From an uncultured Spirochaetaceae bacterium (GTDB lineage Bacteria > Spirochaetota > Spirochaetia > SZUA-6 > RPPD01): 64,000 bases of DNA. How positions within the stretch are numbered: the stretch's first letter is position 1; the number at the start of each line of letters is the position of its first letter. Made by a program: the position numbers and the translations under genes. The notes under the pieces were generated by a model. The model had not been told where the DNA came from. It did not search any database and saw only the letters and a program-made list of their open reading frames with translations. The DNA lies in contig CAZEPL010000008.1 of NCBI GenBank assembly GCA_964514135.1, forward strand, positions 5,701 to 69,700, given 5' to 3'. Of the stretch, positions 1-10,208 are shown piece after piece.

Positions 1-456
1 GTTTCGCATATTCCTTCGTATGGTGCGGAGATGAGGGGCGGTACTGCTAACTGTACGGTAGTGATTGCTACCGAAGAGATACCTTCACCTCTGGTTTTTA
101 ATCCGTCCGTCTGTGTTGCCTTGAATATTCCTTCTTTAAGAAAATTTGAATCGCGTGTCCTTCCCGGGGGAGTGTTGATTTATAATTCATCACTTATCGC
201 AGACGAACCGCAGCGAAAGGACATTATTAAAGTTCCCGTGAAAGCAAACGAGTTGGCCGAACAAGCCGGCTCGTACAAAGCGGCTAATATGGTAGCTATA
301 GGAGCTTTGTTAAAAGCGAGAACACAGATTGCCTCTTTACAGACTGTAAAAGACGCTTTGGCTGAAGCTGTGTCCAAACGCAATATTGCATTCAATGATA
401 TTAATAAAAAAGCCTTAACCTTGGGTTTTGAAAGCGTAAAAGTACCTATTAATTAA
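1..456 (+). CDS. 2-oxoacid:ferredoxin oxidoreductase gamma subunit (POR/KOR gamma family), 3' portion; the gene begins upstream of the window
   Basis: Frame 1 is open from nt 1 (VSHIPSYGAEMRGGTANCTV...). It shows the POR gamma-domain pattern: a PGGVLIYNSSL segment, then ...KVPVKANELAEQAGSYKAANMVAIGALL. It ends at TAA 454-456. Confidence 0.6.
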   Translation, partial: VSHIPSYGAEMRGGTANCTVVIATEEIPSPLVFNPSVCVALNIPSLRKFESRVLPGGVLIYNSSLIADEPQRKDIIKVPVKANELAEQAGSYKAANMVAIGALLKARTQIASLQTVKDALAEAVSKRNIAFNDINKKALTLGFESVKVPIN

Positions 457-528
457 TTTTACCACACAAATATATAGTCTTTTTTACTAAAAACTGCTCA
501 TTTTTTCTCTTTTTATCGAAATAATTAG

Positions 529-556
529 TTGACAGAAAATCTTTTGGGAATAAAAT
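529..556 (+). promoter_or_regulatory. sigma-70-type promoter for the mraZ/dcw operon (TTGACA-N16-TAAAAT)
   Basis: TTGACA at 529-534, a 16-nt spacer, then TAAAAT at 551-556, about 40 nt upstream of mraZ. Confidence 0.5.
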
Positions 557-565
557 GATGGATAT

Positions 566-600
566 GTGGGAAAAAGTGGGATATTTTAGTAGAATGTGGT
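566..600 (+). promoter_or_regulatory. Direct GTGGG repeats at 10-bp periodicity (MraZ-box-like operator)
   Basis: GTGGG at 566-570 and 576-580, and GTGGT at 596-600, directly downstream of the putative -10 and overlapping the mraZ start. MraZ is known to bind spaced TGGGN repeats. Confidence 0.45.
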
Positions 601-610
601 AGGAGTATGG

Positions 611-1060
611 ATGTTAACCGGTGAATTTAAATATTCTTTGGATGATAAAGGTCGCCTTATGATACCTGCTCGCATGAGATCGGCAATAGTGGGAAATGTT
701 CTTATTGTCACACGCGGTGTTGAAAAGTGTATCTGGCTGTTCTCACCGGAAGAGTGGAAGAGAATTTCACAGGATATGCTGCTCTCATCATCACTTTTTC
801 ATGAAAAAGCCAGGCTTATTCAAAGAAGAATATTGGCGCCTGCTCAAGAGATTGAAATTGATAAATCAGGAAGGATGAGCATTCCGCAGACTTTACGGGA
901 GTATTCAAATCTAAAAAAGGAATGTATTATTTTAGGAATGTTGAAATACATGGAAATTTGGGATGAGGAAAATTATCAGGATTATTGGAATGAAAATGAA
1001 AGTAAATTCCGTGACGCTGCGGAAGAATTGGGTGGTAAGGTAACATTTAGAGATGAGTAA
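611..1060 (+). CDS. mraZ: Transcriptional regulator MraZ
   Basis: MLTGEFKYSLDDKGRLMIPARMR... duplicated MraZ-type domain. First gene of the dcw cluster. The ORF track starts at 596; the ATG at 611 gives the typical MraZ N-terminus. Confidence 0.9.
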   Translation: MLTGEFKYSLDDKGRLMIPARMRSAIVGNVLIVTRGVEKCIWLFSPEEWKRISQDMLLSSSLFHEKARLIQRRILAPAQEIEIDKSGRMSIPQTLREYSNLKKECIILGMLKYMEIWDEENYQDYWNENESKFRDAAEELGGKVTFRDE

Positions 1061-2039
1061 AGCTATTAACCGGATATTCAAAGACAAGATAACTCATACA
1101 CCGGTATTGTTGGATGAAGTCTTGGATTTCCTTAAACCGGAATCCGCTGATAACACTGCTGCTGCTCAGAACATAATGGTTGATGCCACATGCGGTGAGG
1201 GTGGTCATGCGGAAGCTTTCTTGAGTCGCTATACAGATATAATATTACTTTGTGTGGATGCCGACAAAAAGCAGATTGAAAGTGCACGCAGGCGTTTGAA
1301 AAAATTCAGCTCGCGTGTAGAAATGTTTACGATGTGGTTTTCTGAGTTCTTCTCCAATTATCATATTTATAATAGAGAATCACCGGATAGAATATTGCTG
1401 GATTTGGGAATTTCACGCTTTCATTACGAGAAGAGCGGAAGGGGATTTTCATTCCAGAAAGATGAGTATCTTGATATGCGTATAAACGAAAACCTGCAGC
1501 AGACAGCATATGATATCGTCAATCAAGCTTCAGAGCAGGAACTGACTGGTATTTTGCGGGAATATGGAGAAGAACGCTATGCTTATGCTATTGCCCGGGC
1601 AATATGTCGGGAACGTAAAAGTGAGCCTGTCCGCACGAGTGTTAAATTAGCTCATCTAGTGTGCGAGGCTGTACCACGGCAATCCTCAAGGAAAAGAATA
1701 CATCCTGCCACAAAAACCTTTCAGGCTCTGCGTATTGCCGTGAACGGTGAACTCAGTGAGCTGGAAAAAGGTCTTGCGGCGGGATTTCAGGTGCTCAAAA
1801 AAGGCGGCAGATTCGGTGTTATATCATTCCACTCACTGGAGGACAGAATAGTAAAACGCTTTTTTAAGAGTAAAAATAAGTCCTGTACCTGCCCCCCTGA
1901 GTGGCCGATTTGTCAATGTAGAGGAGAAAAAGAACTGATTTTGCTCACAAAAAAACCGATTACACCGCAGGAAAGTGAGGTAAGAGCAAATCCTGCGGCA
2001 CGTAGTGCAAAACTAAGAGTAGTGGAGAAATGTGTATGA
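1053..2039 (+). CDS. rsmH: 16S rRNA (cytosine1402-N4)-methyltransferase RsmH (MraW)
   Basis: VDATCGEGGHAEAFL SAM-binding motif. Overlaps the mraZ stop by 8 nt. Canonical dcw position. Confidence 0.92.
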   Translation: MSKAINRIFKDKITHTPVLLDEVLDFLKPESADNTAAAQNIMVDATCGEGGHAEAFLSRYTDIILLCVDADKKQIESARRRLKKFSSRVEMFTMWFSEFFSNYHIYNRESPDRILLDLGISRFHYEKSGRGFSFQKDEYLDMRINENLQQTAYDIVNQASEQELTGILREYGEERYAYAIARAICRERKSEPVRTSVKLAHLVCEAVPRQSSRKRIHPATKTFQALRIAVNGELSELEKGLAAGFQVLKKGGRFGVISFHSLEDRIVKRFFKSKNKSCTCPPEWPICQCRGEKELILLTKKPITPQESEVRANPAARSAKLRVVEKCV

Positions 2040-2308
2040 TATTTAAAAGATTTCTTATGCTCATTTTTGTCTGTACCATACCGGTTGTACTTTTTTTCAG
2101 CAGTGTTCAGGCTTATGATTATGTAAAGCTTAGGAATGAAATTGAAGAACTGGAAGCCCGGCAGAAAGAATGGATAGAAAAGAATAAGAAGCTTATCGCC
2201 AGTATTGAGGTTTTAAGGACGCCAAAACGTATAGAAAAAATTGCCCGGGATGATCTGGGGCTGAAGAAGATCGATAAGGAGCGGATACGAAAAGTGGTCT
2301 TTGAATAA
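2030..2308 (+). CDS. ftsL: Cell division protein FtsL-like (septum formation initiator family)
   Basis: 92 aa with an N-terminal TM helix followed by a coiled coil (EIEELEARQKEWIEKNKKL). Position between rsmH and the mur genes. Confidence 0.7.
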   Translation: MCMIFKRFLMLIFVCTIPVVLFFSSVQAYDYVKLRNEIEELEARQKEWIEKNKKLIASIEVLRTPKRIEKIARDDLGLKKIDKERIRKVVFE

Positions 2309-3728
2309 AAGGAGAAAACATAATAGAGTGAGGGGAACTAAGCTAGAACAAAATCTGTTTTCCTGTAATGAGCTGGTCAGCGCTACGCATGGAACATGTA
2401 TGAGGACGGGTGGAGAGCATATTTTCCATGTATCGATTGATTCCCGTGAAATTGCTCCGGGCGATCTCTTTGTTCCGTTAAAAGGTGAAAAGGTTGACGG
2501 TCATGATTATCTGGAAGCGGCCATAAATAATGGTGCCAGAGCAGTAATTGTAGGACATGAAGAGTGGAAAGCGCGCGAATCGCGGCTTGTGCCGCTCTTG
2601 GAAAACCGCGATGTAATATGTGTTGCGGTAGACGATACTTTGCGAGCCTTGCAAAGGCTTGCCGAGTATCACATGCGGCGTCTAAAAAATGTATTTCGTA
2701 TTGGAATAACGGGCAGCAGCGGCAAGACAACAACTAAGGAAATAATCGGAGCGGTTCTGGCGGGAGCAGCTTCTACCATTATAAATCCAGGCAACCTGAA
2801 TTCTGAAATTGGCGTACCGCTTACCGCATTTCAGGTAAACTCTTCTTATGAATATGCGGTATTTGAGATGGGAATAAATCATAGCGGTGAGATGGATATA
2901 TTAGCTGATATCGTAAGGCCGGATCTGGTTGTAATAACCAATATCGGAACAGCCCATATAGGATTACTGGGATCAGGGAACAATATTGCTTCAGAAAAAA
3001 AGAAAATAACCCGGCATTTTAACGGTCAGCAGAAGTTATTTATTTATGAAGATGAGAAATATTTTAGCTACTTTTCAGAAAACATCCGGGGGCAGGTAAT
3101 TGCCTACGGACAAAAAAGTGTACAAGGGCTTTTAGGGAGTGAGGATCTGGGGTTAGATGGAACCATTATTAACTGGGAGGAGCTCCAGATCCACTTCCCG
3201 CTTATTGGAAAGCATAATTATATAAATGCTTTATCTGCAATCGCAGTAGCGGAGGAGTTGGGTATCGCTCAACATCATATCAAGCATGGAATCGAAGCGG
3301 TTAAACCGCTTTTTGGGCGATCTGAAATTCTAAAAGGAAGGGTAACAATTATTAAAGACTGCTATAACGCCAATCCCGATTCTGTTTCCAAAGCGCTTGA
3401 GTTTATGCATACGCTTTCTTGGAAAGGAAAAAAGATTGTAGTATTGGGCAGTATGCTCGAACTTGGGCTTAAGAGTGAATCCGCCCATAAGCACATAGGC
3501 AGGCTTGCGGCAGGATTTGATTTTGACTGCGTATTTTTTTCTGGTATTGAATCGCTGGATGCATTTAAAGCTTGTAAGGAAAATAAGTTTAAAGGCATAA
3601 CAGTTTGGAAGGAATCCGTGATGGATCTGACGCCCATATTAACACAGCATGCCGACTCAGGCGATATTGTGCTTATAAAAGGCTCGCGTGCTTTAGAATT
3701 AGAAAGACTGATTCAGTCATTTAGTTAA
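2301..3728 (+). CDS. murF: UDP-N-acetylmuramoyl-tripeptide--D-alanyl-D-alanine ligase MurF
   Basis: IDSREIAPGDLFVPLKGEKVDGHDY, a GITGSSGKTTTKE P-loop, and a C-terminal YNANPDS motif. The true start may be a few codons downstream. Confidence 0.88.
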   Translation: MNKRRKHNRVRGTKLEQNLFSCNELVSATHGTCMRTGGEHIFHVSIDSREIAPGDLFVPLKGEKVDGHDYLEAAINNGARAVIVGHEEWKARESRLVPLLENRDVICVAVDDTLRALQRLAEYHMRRLKNVFRIGITGSSGKTTTKEIIGAVLAGAASTIINPGNLNSEIGVPLTAFQVNSSYEYAVFEMGINHSGEMDILADIVRPDLVVITNIGTAHIGLLGSGNNIASEKKKITRHFNGQQKLFIYEDEKYFSYFSENIRGQVIAYGQKSVQGLLGSEDLGLDGTIINWEELQIHFPLIGKHNYINALSAIAVAEELGIAQHHIKHGIEAVKPLFGRSEILKGRVTIIKDCYNANPDSVSKALEFMHTLSWKGKKIVVLGSMLELGLKSESAHKHIGRLAAGFDFDCVFFSGIESLDAFKACKENKFKGITVWKESVMDLTPILTQHADSGDIVLIKGSRALELERLIQSFS

Positions 3729-3757
3729 CATTGTCTTTAAGAAAGGGAGGGGGTGCA

Positions 3758-4897
3758 ATGTTATTAAAGCTGCTTTATCCGCTTGTTAAATATATCACCT
3801 TCTTCAATGTCTTTCAGTACATTACATTTCGTGCCGCATATGCGGCCGTAACAGCCCTCCTTATATCATTTTTATTCGGACCGAAAATAATTAGAAAATT
3901 ACAAGAATTACGGGTAGGTCAAAAAGTGAGACGCGACGGTCCGGAAACTCATCTATCCAAATCAGGCACACCGACCATGGGTGGTATTCTTATAATCCTT
4001 TCGATAGTAATTGCTATTCTGCTCTGGCAGAATCTTGATAATACCTATACCTGGATTATTCTCCTGGCCGTAATCGGTTTTGGCAGTATAGGTTTTGTTG
4101 ATGATTATTTGAAAATAAAGCGCAAAAACGCAGTAGGCTTAAAAAGTAGTTTTAAATGGATTGCTCAGTTTGTGTTGGCATTTGCTGTTGCACTCCTCAT
4201 TTTTAATTTCAGGAATTACCACACTGTAAGCGTAACACCCCCCCTGTTTTCTTCTATGAAATTAATCATCCATTATGATTACACCACCCTGCTGTATATT
4301 CCGTTTATAAAGAATCCGGTATTGGATTTTTCATACTTTTATATTCCTTTTTCCATTCTCCTGCTCCTTGCTACCTCGAATGCGGTTAATCTTACCGACG
4401 GTTTGGATGGTTTAGCAACGGGGCTTGTCATTATGGTCGGCATCACTTTTGCAATATTAGCGTACCTTACCGGTAATATAAAATTCGCGGAGTATCTGGG
4501 CATACCTTTTATAGCAAATAGCGGAGAACTTACCATCGCGGGTTTAGCTTTGGTAGGCGCATGTGTGGGATTTTTATGGTTCAATGCCCATCCGGCGGAA
4601 ATAATGATGGGAGATACCGGAAGTCTTGCTTTAGGCGGAATGATCGGGGTTTTTGCTCTTATTTTAAAAAAGGAAATTCTTATTATCATAATCGGAGGTG
4701 TATTTGTAATTGAAACCCTCTCTGTAATTATTCAGATAGTATACTATAAATTTACCAAGAAAAGGGTATTTCTCATGGCGCCCCTTCATCATCATTTTGA
4801 ACTGAAGGGATGGAAAGAGTCTAAAGTAGTAACCCGTCTTTGGATTTTGGGCGGTTTGTTCGCGCTCTTGGGTCTTTCTACCTTGAAAATACAATAG
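3758..4897 (+). CDS. mraY: Phospho-N-acetylmuramoyl-pentapeptide transferase MraY
   Basis: Polytopic membrane protein with a VNLTDGLDGLA motif. RBS GGGAGGGGG upstream of the ATG at 3758; the ORF-track start at 3731 reads through the RBS. Confidence 0.9.
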   Translation: MLLKLLYPLVKYITFFNVFQYITFRAAYAAVTALLISFLFGPKIIRKLQELRVGQKVRRDGPETHLSKSGTPTMGGILIILSIVIAILLWQNLDNTYTWIILLAVIGFGSIGFVDDYLKIKRKNAVGLKSSFKWIAQFVLAFAVALLIFNFRNYHTVSVTPPLFSSMKLIIHYDYTTLLYIPFIKNPVLDFSYFYIPFSILLLLATSNAVNLTDGLDGLATGLVIMVGITFAILAYLTGNIKFAEYLGIPFIANSGELTIAGLALVGACVGFLWFNAHPAEIMMGDTGSLALGGMIGVFALILKKEILIIIIGGVFVIETLSVIIQIVYYKFTKKRVFLMAPLHHHFELKGWKESKVVTRLWILGGLFALLGLSTLKIQ

Positions 4898-4909
4898 AAG
4901 AATGAGGCA

Positions 4910-6037
4910 GTGTTAGTGGAAAAGGTTTCCAGAGGACAAGTAGATTATTTTTTACTCGTGATAATCATTCTTTTATTTGGAGTAGGAATGGCTATTCTGT
5001 TTTCCGCCTCGTATAACCACGCTGAAAAACTGGGGAAAAATCCGCATTATTTTTTCAACAAACAGGTTGTCTGGCTGCTCTTGGGAGGATTTATCGCATA
5101 TGGTATATCGCGAGCTCCCTTGACGCTTATCAGAAAATGCATACCTTTTGTGTTGATCAGTGCTTTTTTAATCTCTCTTCTGCCTTTTGTCACGGGCCTC
5201 GGAAAAGATATTAATGGCGCACGACGCTGGATATTCTTTTTTGATTATTCCTTTCAACCCTCAGAGTATGTAAAACTGGCGCTCATCCTTTATTTGGCAT
5301 CTATACTCAATAAGAAAGAGAGCCGGCTGAATGATCCTCTAAATGCTCTGCTTCCGCCATTGCTTATTGTTTCGCTATTTGTTGTCGTGATTTTTTTGCA
5401 AAATGATCTTTCCACCGCTGCCTTCATATTTTTTATCGCCATTTCTTTATTTTATATTGCCAAGATTAAACTCATATATTTCTTTTATTTGGCAACTGTG
5501 GTACTGCCGATCGGTATAATCATCCTCTTTACAAAAACATACTGGGTAGAAAAGATCATGGCTTTTCTCGATCCCAGTCGCAATCCGGAAGGCGCAGGAT
5601 ATCAAATATTAACATCACGCATAGCGCTTGCCAGCGGGGGATTATGGGGCAAGGGATTAGGCTTGGGTGTTCGAAAGAAGCACCTGCCTGAAGCGAGCTC
5701 AGATTTTATCTTCTCTGTGGCCGGAGAGGAGATGGGGTTTATTGGTTTGTTTTTCATTATTGTTCTGTTTATGCTTTTTGCGCTGCGTGGTTTTCTGATC
5801 GCATTTAAAAGCAAAGACGGTTTTTCTTTTTTCTTGGCATTTGGCATAACATCATCCATCCTGATTCAGGCGCTGCTTAATATGTTTGTGGTAGCGGGTC
5901 TTATGCCCACAACCGGCATACCTCTGCCCTTTTTTTCACATGGCGGTTCATCGATTGTAATCACCCTTATTATGTGTGGATTGCTTATCAATTTATCGCG
6001 CACAACAAGCTCTCATGAAGGAGCGCGCTATGGCTGA
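4910..6037 (+). CDS. ftsW: SEDS-family peptidoglycan glycosyltransferase FtsW
   Basis: GTG start. About 10 TM helices. Characteristic SEDS segments (PSEYVKLALILYLA..., SDFIFSVAGEEMGFIG). Confidence 0.88.
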   Translation: MLVEKVSRGQVDYFLLVIIILLFGVGMAILFSASYNHAEKLGKNPHYFFNKQVVWLLLGGFIAYGISRAPLTLIRKCIPFVLISAFLISLLPFVTGLGKDINGARRWIFFFDYSFQPSEYVKLALILYLASILNKKESRLNDPLNALLPPLLIVSLFVVVIFLQNDLSTAAFIFFIAISLFYIAKIKLIYFFYLATVVLPIGIIILFTKTYWVEKIMAFLDPSRNPEGAGYQILTSRIALASGGLWGKGLGLGVRKKHLPEASSDFIFSVAGEEMGFIGLFFIIVLFMLFALRGFLIAFKSKDGFSFFLAFGITSSILIQALLNMFVVAGLMPTTGIPLPFFSHGGSSIVITLIMCGLLINLSRTTSSHEGARYG

Positions 6038-6854
6038 TGTGCTGACCTTTGCTTCCAAGAAAAAACACAAAACTGATAATCTGCTGCGTAAAATATTATG
6101 GGGATTTATTATTATTCTCGTTATTTTTTCAATTGCACAGCTTTTTTTCCATTTTTTTATAGCTCCGCGGGTAACAATAAAGAATATAATTATCACAAGT
6201 GATATTCCTTTTACGGAACAAGAGATATTGCGTATTGCAGGAATTTCCAGAAAGGAGTATTATTTTCTCATTAATACGCATGAGGTGCAAGAAAGGCTTA
6301 TGGCGCATCCCCTGGTACGAAACGCTTTTGTTCAAAAGATTTTTCCGGATACCATTTCATTAAAGCTTGAGGGAAGAGTGCCGTTAATGATCGCTTTGGT
6401 AGACAGACAGAATAAAACAGTACCCGTAACTATTGACGAAGAGGGAGTCGTATTTCAGATAGCAGATACGGTAAGCAATTGGAATCTTCCCGTGCTGTCC
6501 GGGCTGCAGTTCGATTCATTAGATTTCGGGATAAAACTGCCGCGCGATATTATTCCTTTTTTAAAAGATTTTAAAAATATAAGTGAACAGCATCCTGGCC
6601 TTGCAAGTCTCATTTCGGAGATAAAAATAGTAAAAGAAGAAACAGGGGATTTTGAATATATTATTTATCCGCTTAACTTTCCTAAAGGTGTATGTGTGGG
6701 AAGAAAAATAGACGCGAGTATTCTTAAATATATTTTGCTTGCCTTGAAAATTTTGCAGCAAGAAGGTATTTTGCATCTGGTTAAGGATTTGGATTTTAGA
6801 ACTGGCGAGCTTGTGTACAAAATGAAGGAGGATGAAGCTATTGCCTCAAGATGA
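6030..6854 (+). CDS. ftsQ: Cell division protein FtsQ/DivIB (POTRA domain)
   Basis: N-terminal TM helix, then a POTRA-like VTIKNIIITSD...EILRIAGI region. Position between ftsW and ftsA. The ATG at 6030 overlaps the ftsW stop (ATGGCTGA). Confidence 0.75.
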   Translation: MADVLTFASKKKHKTDNLLRKILWGFIIILVIFSIAQLFFHFFIAPRVTIKNIIITSDIPFTEQEILRIAGISRKEYYFLINTHEVQERLMAHPLVRNAFVQKIFPDTISLKLEGRVPLMIALVDRQNKTVPVTIDEEGVVFQIADTVSNWNLPVLSGLQFDSLDFGIKLPRDIIPFLKDFKNISEQHPGLASLISEIKIVKEETGDFEYIIYPLNFPKGVCVGRKIDASILKYILLALKILQQEGILHLVKDLDFRTGELVYKMKEDEAIASR

Positions 6855-8073
6855 TATTATCGTAGGATTGGATATTGGAACGACTAAGGTAAGTGCTGTT
6901 ATCGGCCAATATAATGAAAATAATATTCTCGAAGTAACCGGTGTGGGCTCTTCTCCTACCCGCGGCCTTAGACGAGGCATTATTATAAATATCGAATCAA
7001 CTGTAAAATCTGTTATTCAAGCCGTGGAAGCGGCTGAAATGATGTCGGGCCGCGAAGTTGACGAGGTCTGTACGGGTATTTCAGGCGCTCATATCGAAGG
7101 TATTAATTCACGCGGAGTGGTAGCCGTAACCGGTAAAGGCCGGGAAATAATCAGAGAGGATGTGGATCGGGTCATCGATGCGGCTAAAGCAATTGTGGTT
7201 CCCATGGACAGGGTAATACTTCATGTGATTCCGCAGGAGTTCGTCGTGGATGATCAGGGCGGAATAAAAAATCCCGTCGGCATGATAGGTGTACGCCTTG
7301 AATCCGAGGTACATATTGTAACGGGTTCGCTTTCTGCGGCCCAGAACATCATGAAAAGTGTAAACCGTGCCGGTTTCAAAGTAAATGAGCTTATTCTGGA
7401 ATCTCTCGCTGCTTCAAAAGCAGCATTATCCCAAGATGAAAAAGAGCTGGGTGTGCTGCTGATAGATTTGGGAGGCGGTACTACCAATATCCTGGTACAC
7501 ATCGAGGGTTCTCCGTATCACAGCTCAATCCTTTCTATTGGCGGTGATCAGGTTACCAGTGATCTCTCAATAATGCTTAAAACACCGCTGGATTCGGCTG
7601 AGAAAATAAAAAAGGATGCGGGTTGTTGTTATTTGGATTTGGTAGCTGATGACGAGGAAGTGCAAATACCACGTGTGGGTGGGAGGCCTCCTGAGCGAAT
7701 ATCACGCAGGCGGATAGCCCAGATTATTCAGCCGCGGATGGAAGAGATATTTCGCTTAACCAAGGAACAGATAGAGAATAAGGGATATTTAAACAGATTG
7801 GGCGGAGGTGTTGTTGTTGTGGGGGGCGGAGCCCTCTTGCCTGGCATTGTGGAACTGGCCACCGAAACCTTCGGTCTGCCTGTACGCATCGGGTATCCCA
7901 TGAAACTGGGCGGTCTGGTTGAAGAGTATTCAAGTCCGGAGTTTGCCACTGCGGTAGGGCTTTTGCTTTTCGGATCTCGAAGAGAAGAAACTGTGGGTAT
8001 AGATATCCAGCGCAAAGATCGATCTCAAGGGTTGTTTACCAGGTTGAAAGAGTGGTTTCAAGAATTTTTTTAA
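6832..8073 (+). CDS. ftsA: Cell division protein FtsA
   Basis: Actin-like ATPase. IVGLDIGTTKVSAVIG phosphate-1 motif and LIDLGGGTTN phosphate-2 motif. RBS AAGGAGG precedes the start. Confidence 0.93.
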   Translation: MKLLPQDDIIVGLDIGTTKVSAVIGQYNENNILEVTGVGSSPTRGLRRGIIINIESTVKSVIQAVEAAEMMSGREVDEVCTGISGAHIEGINSRGVVAVTGKGREIIREDVDRVIDAAKAIVVPMDRVILHVIPQEFVVDDQGGIKNPVGMIGVRLESEVHIVTGSLSAAQNIMKSVNRAGFKVNELILESLAASKAALSQDEKELGVLLIDLGGGTTNILVHIEGSPYHSSILSIGGDQVTSDLSIMLKTPLDSAEKIKKDAGCCYLDLVADDEEVQIPRVGGRPPERISRRRIAQIIQPRMEEIFRLTKEQIENKGYLNRLGGGVVVVGGGALLPGIVELATETFGLPVRIGYPMKLGGLVEEYSSPEFATAVGLLLFGSRREETVGIDIQRKDRSQGLFTRLKEWFQEFF

Positions 8074-8118
8074 GATTTATAAAATTTTGATATAAACAAC
8101 ATATTTCGGGAGGGGAGT

Positions 8119-9276
8119 ATGACAATCGAAATGCTTGATGATGAATTATCAAGCCCTACAATTATAAAAGTAATTGGCGTGGGCGGTGGGGGAAATAATG
8201 CATTAAACCGCATGATTTCAGCAGGACTGAACCATGTACAGTTTATTGCCGTAAATACGGATGTTCAGGCACTGCAGACTTCAAAGGCGGAAATTAAAAT
8301 ACCGATAGGTTCTAAACTCACGGGCGGACTCGGCGCCGGCGGTATTCCGGAAATCGGTGAAAAAGCCGCATTGGAAAATCAAGAAGAAATAAAACAGGCC
8401 TTAAAAGGCTCGGACATGCTGTTTATCACGGCAGGCATGGGCGGAGGTACGGGTACCGGTGCGGCACCGATTATGGCACATATTGCCAGAGAACTCAATA
8501 TCTTAACGGTAGCTGTTGTAACAAAACCGTTTGATTTTGAAGGCCGTAAAAAAATGGTGCTTGCCGAACAAGGTCTCAAGCGTCTGCGGGAAGCCGTAGA
8601 TACACTTATTGTAATTCCAAACCAGTATCTGCTCAAAATCGTTGAAAAACGTACACCGATTAAAGAAGCCTTTTTTATGGCAGACGATGTACTGCGTCAG
8701 GGTGTACAGGGTATTTCCGATCTCATCACCGTTCCGGGAGAGATAAATATTGATTTTGCCGATGTAAAAACCATAATGAATGGCCGCGGCGATGCCATGA
8801 TGGGTGTTGGTGTCGGGCATGGTGATAATCGTGCTGTGGATGCAGCCACACAGGCTATCAATAACCCTCTGCTGGAAGACTCGAGTATTGAAGGAGCCAA
8901 GGGTGTGCTGGTTAATGTAAGCGGCGGAGAAGATCTTTCGCTCACCGAGTATGAGGAGATCGTAAAGATAATCACTGCCAATGCGGATGAGGATGCACTC
9001 ATTATAGCCGGGAATGCAGTGGATAACTCGTTAAGCGATCAGATTAAGGTTACGGTAATTGCTACGGGATTTAACAAAAGTATTCCTCACCTGAAAAAAG
9101 AGGTCATACCGGAAAATGAATCCGAGATAATTTCTTATAATGAGTGGATTGCTATGAGTAAAGGCATAAGCAATAAATCCCAAAATGATTATCTGTTAGG
9201 CAGGAATTCCAAAGAGACCGAACTGTGGGTGCCTACGATCTTACGAAATAAAAGAGCAATGGGGCAAAATGAGTAA
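8119..9276 (+). CDS. ftsZ: Cell division GTPase FtsZ
   Basis: GVGGGGNNA tubulin signature and T7 loop ([15 protein letters not shown]). C-terminal variable tail. Confidence 0.97.
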   Translation: MTIEMLDDELSSPTIIKVIGVGGGGNNALNRMISAGLNHVQFIAVNTDVQALQTSKAEIKIPIGSKLTGGLGAGGIPEIGEKAALENQEEIKQALKGSDMLFITAGMGGGTGTGAAPIMAHIARELNILTVAVVTKPFDFEGRKKMVLAEQGLKRLREAVDTLIVIPNQYLLKIVEKRTPIKEAFFMADDVLRQGVQGISDLITVPGEINIDFADVKTIMNGRGDAMMGVGVGHGDNRAVDAATQAINNPLLEDSSIEGAKGVLVNVSGGEDLSLTEYEEIVKIITANADEDALIIAGNAVDNSLSDQIKVTVIATGFNKSIPHLKKEVIPENESEIISYNEWIAMSKGISNKSQNDYLLGRNSKETELWVPTILRNKRAMGQNE

Positions 9277-10169
9277 TGAAAGCTCTAACTGAAAAAATAT
9301 TACAGCAGTTCGAAGAGTACATGCATGTGGAGATGAGATTAGCCGCGCGCAGTATAAGTACCTATCTTACGGAATGCCGTATGTTTTTAGCGTACATTAA
9401 CAAGATGAATAAAGTACTAAGTGATACAACTGCTGTAGATATTATAGAATACTTAGTTGCTCGTCAGATTGACGGTCTCGATCAACGGACAATATCTAAG
9501 ATATTGAGCAGCCTGAGGGCTTTTTATAAATATTGTATGTTAGAAGAACTTCACAAGACAAATCCTGCCATACTCGTGGAAACGCCGCGCATTCCTAAAA
9601 AATTACCCGCTGTGTTTTCTAAAGAAGAGGTTGATAGATTCTTGGCTGCTATTGACGACACTACCCCTTTAGGCTTGAGGGATCGTGCTTTGTTTGAATT
9701 AATCTATTCCTGTGGTTTGCGTGTTTCTGAGGCTGTGAATTTGAAGATTGAAGAACTATATTTAAAAGAAGGCATTATAAAAGTATTGGGCAAAGGCGGG
9801 AAAGAACGCCTGGTGCCGATTGGTGAACACGCGACATATTGGCTTATCCAATATTTAAGCAGAGCCCGGTCTAAAATAGCCGGAAACAAAATAAGGCAGA
9901 ACTTTGTTTTCTTAAATAGATGGGGCAAAAAGCTGTCGAGAAAAGGCATGTGGAAGCGCTTTAAGGAGATCGCAGATCTCTCAGGAATTGAAGGTAAAAT
10001 ACATACGCTCCGGCATTCTTTTGCCACTCATATGCTTAAAGGGGGAGCGGATTTGCGCTCGGTTCAGGAGCTTTTAGGCCATGCCGATATCGGTACAACT
10101 CAGATTTATACGCACTTGGAAAAAGAGGATTTACATAACTATCATAAACGCTATCATCCCAGGGGATGA
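9276..10169 (+). CDS. xerC: Tyrosine site-specific recombinase XerC/XerD family
   Basis: The R..H..R..Y catalytic set is identifiable (RHSFATHML...LGHADIGTTQIYTHL). The start overlaps the ftsZ stop as taATG. Confidence 0.85.
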   Translation: MKALTEKILQQFEEYMHVEMRLAARSISTYLTECRMFLAYINKMNKVLSDTTAVDIIEYLVARQIDGLDQRTISKILSSLRAFYKYCMLEELHKTNPAILVETPRIPKKLPAVFSKEEVDRFLAAIDDTTPLGLRDRALFELIYSCGLRVSEAVNLKIEELYLKEGIIKVLGKGGKERLVPIGEHATYWLIQYLSRARSKIAGNKIRQNFVFLNRWGKKLSRKGMWKRFKEIADLSGIEGKIHTLRHSFATHMLKGGADLRSVQELLGHADIGTTQIYTHLEKEDLHNYHKRYHPRG

Positions 10170-10208
10170 TGCTTTAGAATATTATTTGGAGGTTTTAAAG
10201 AAAGCAAA

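Noticed and set aside
180-395. 71-aa minus-strand ORF inside the oxidoreductase gamma-subunit gene
   Set aside because: Fully antisense to a well-supported +-strand CDS. No RBS or motif. Typical shadow ORF.
2383-2882. Several minus-strand ORFs (116, 64 and 66 aa) within murF
   Set aside because: Antisense to murF, which has clear P-loop and ligase motifs. Low-complexity translations. Shadow ORFs.
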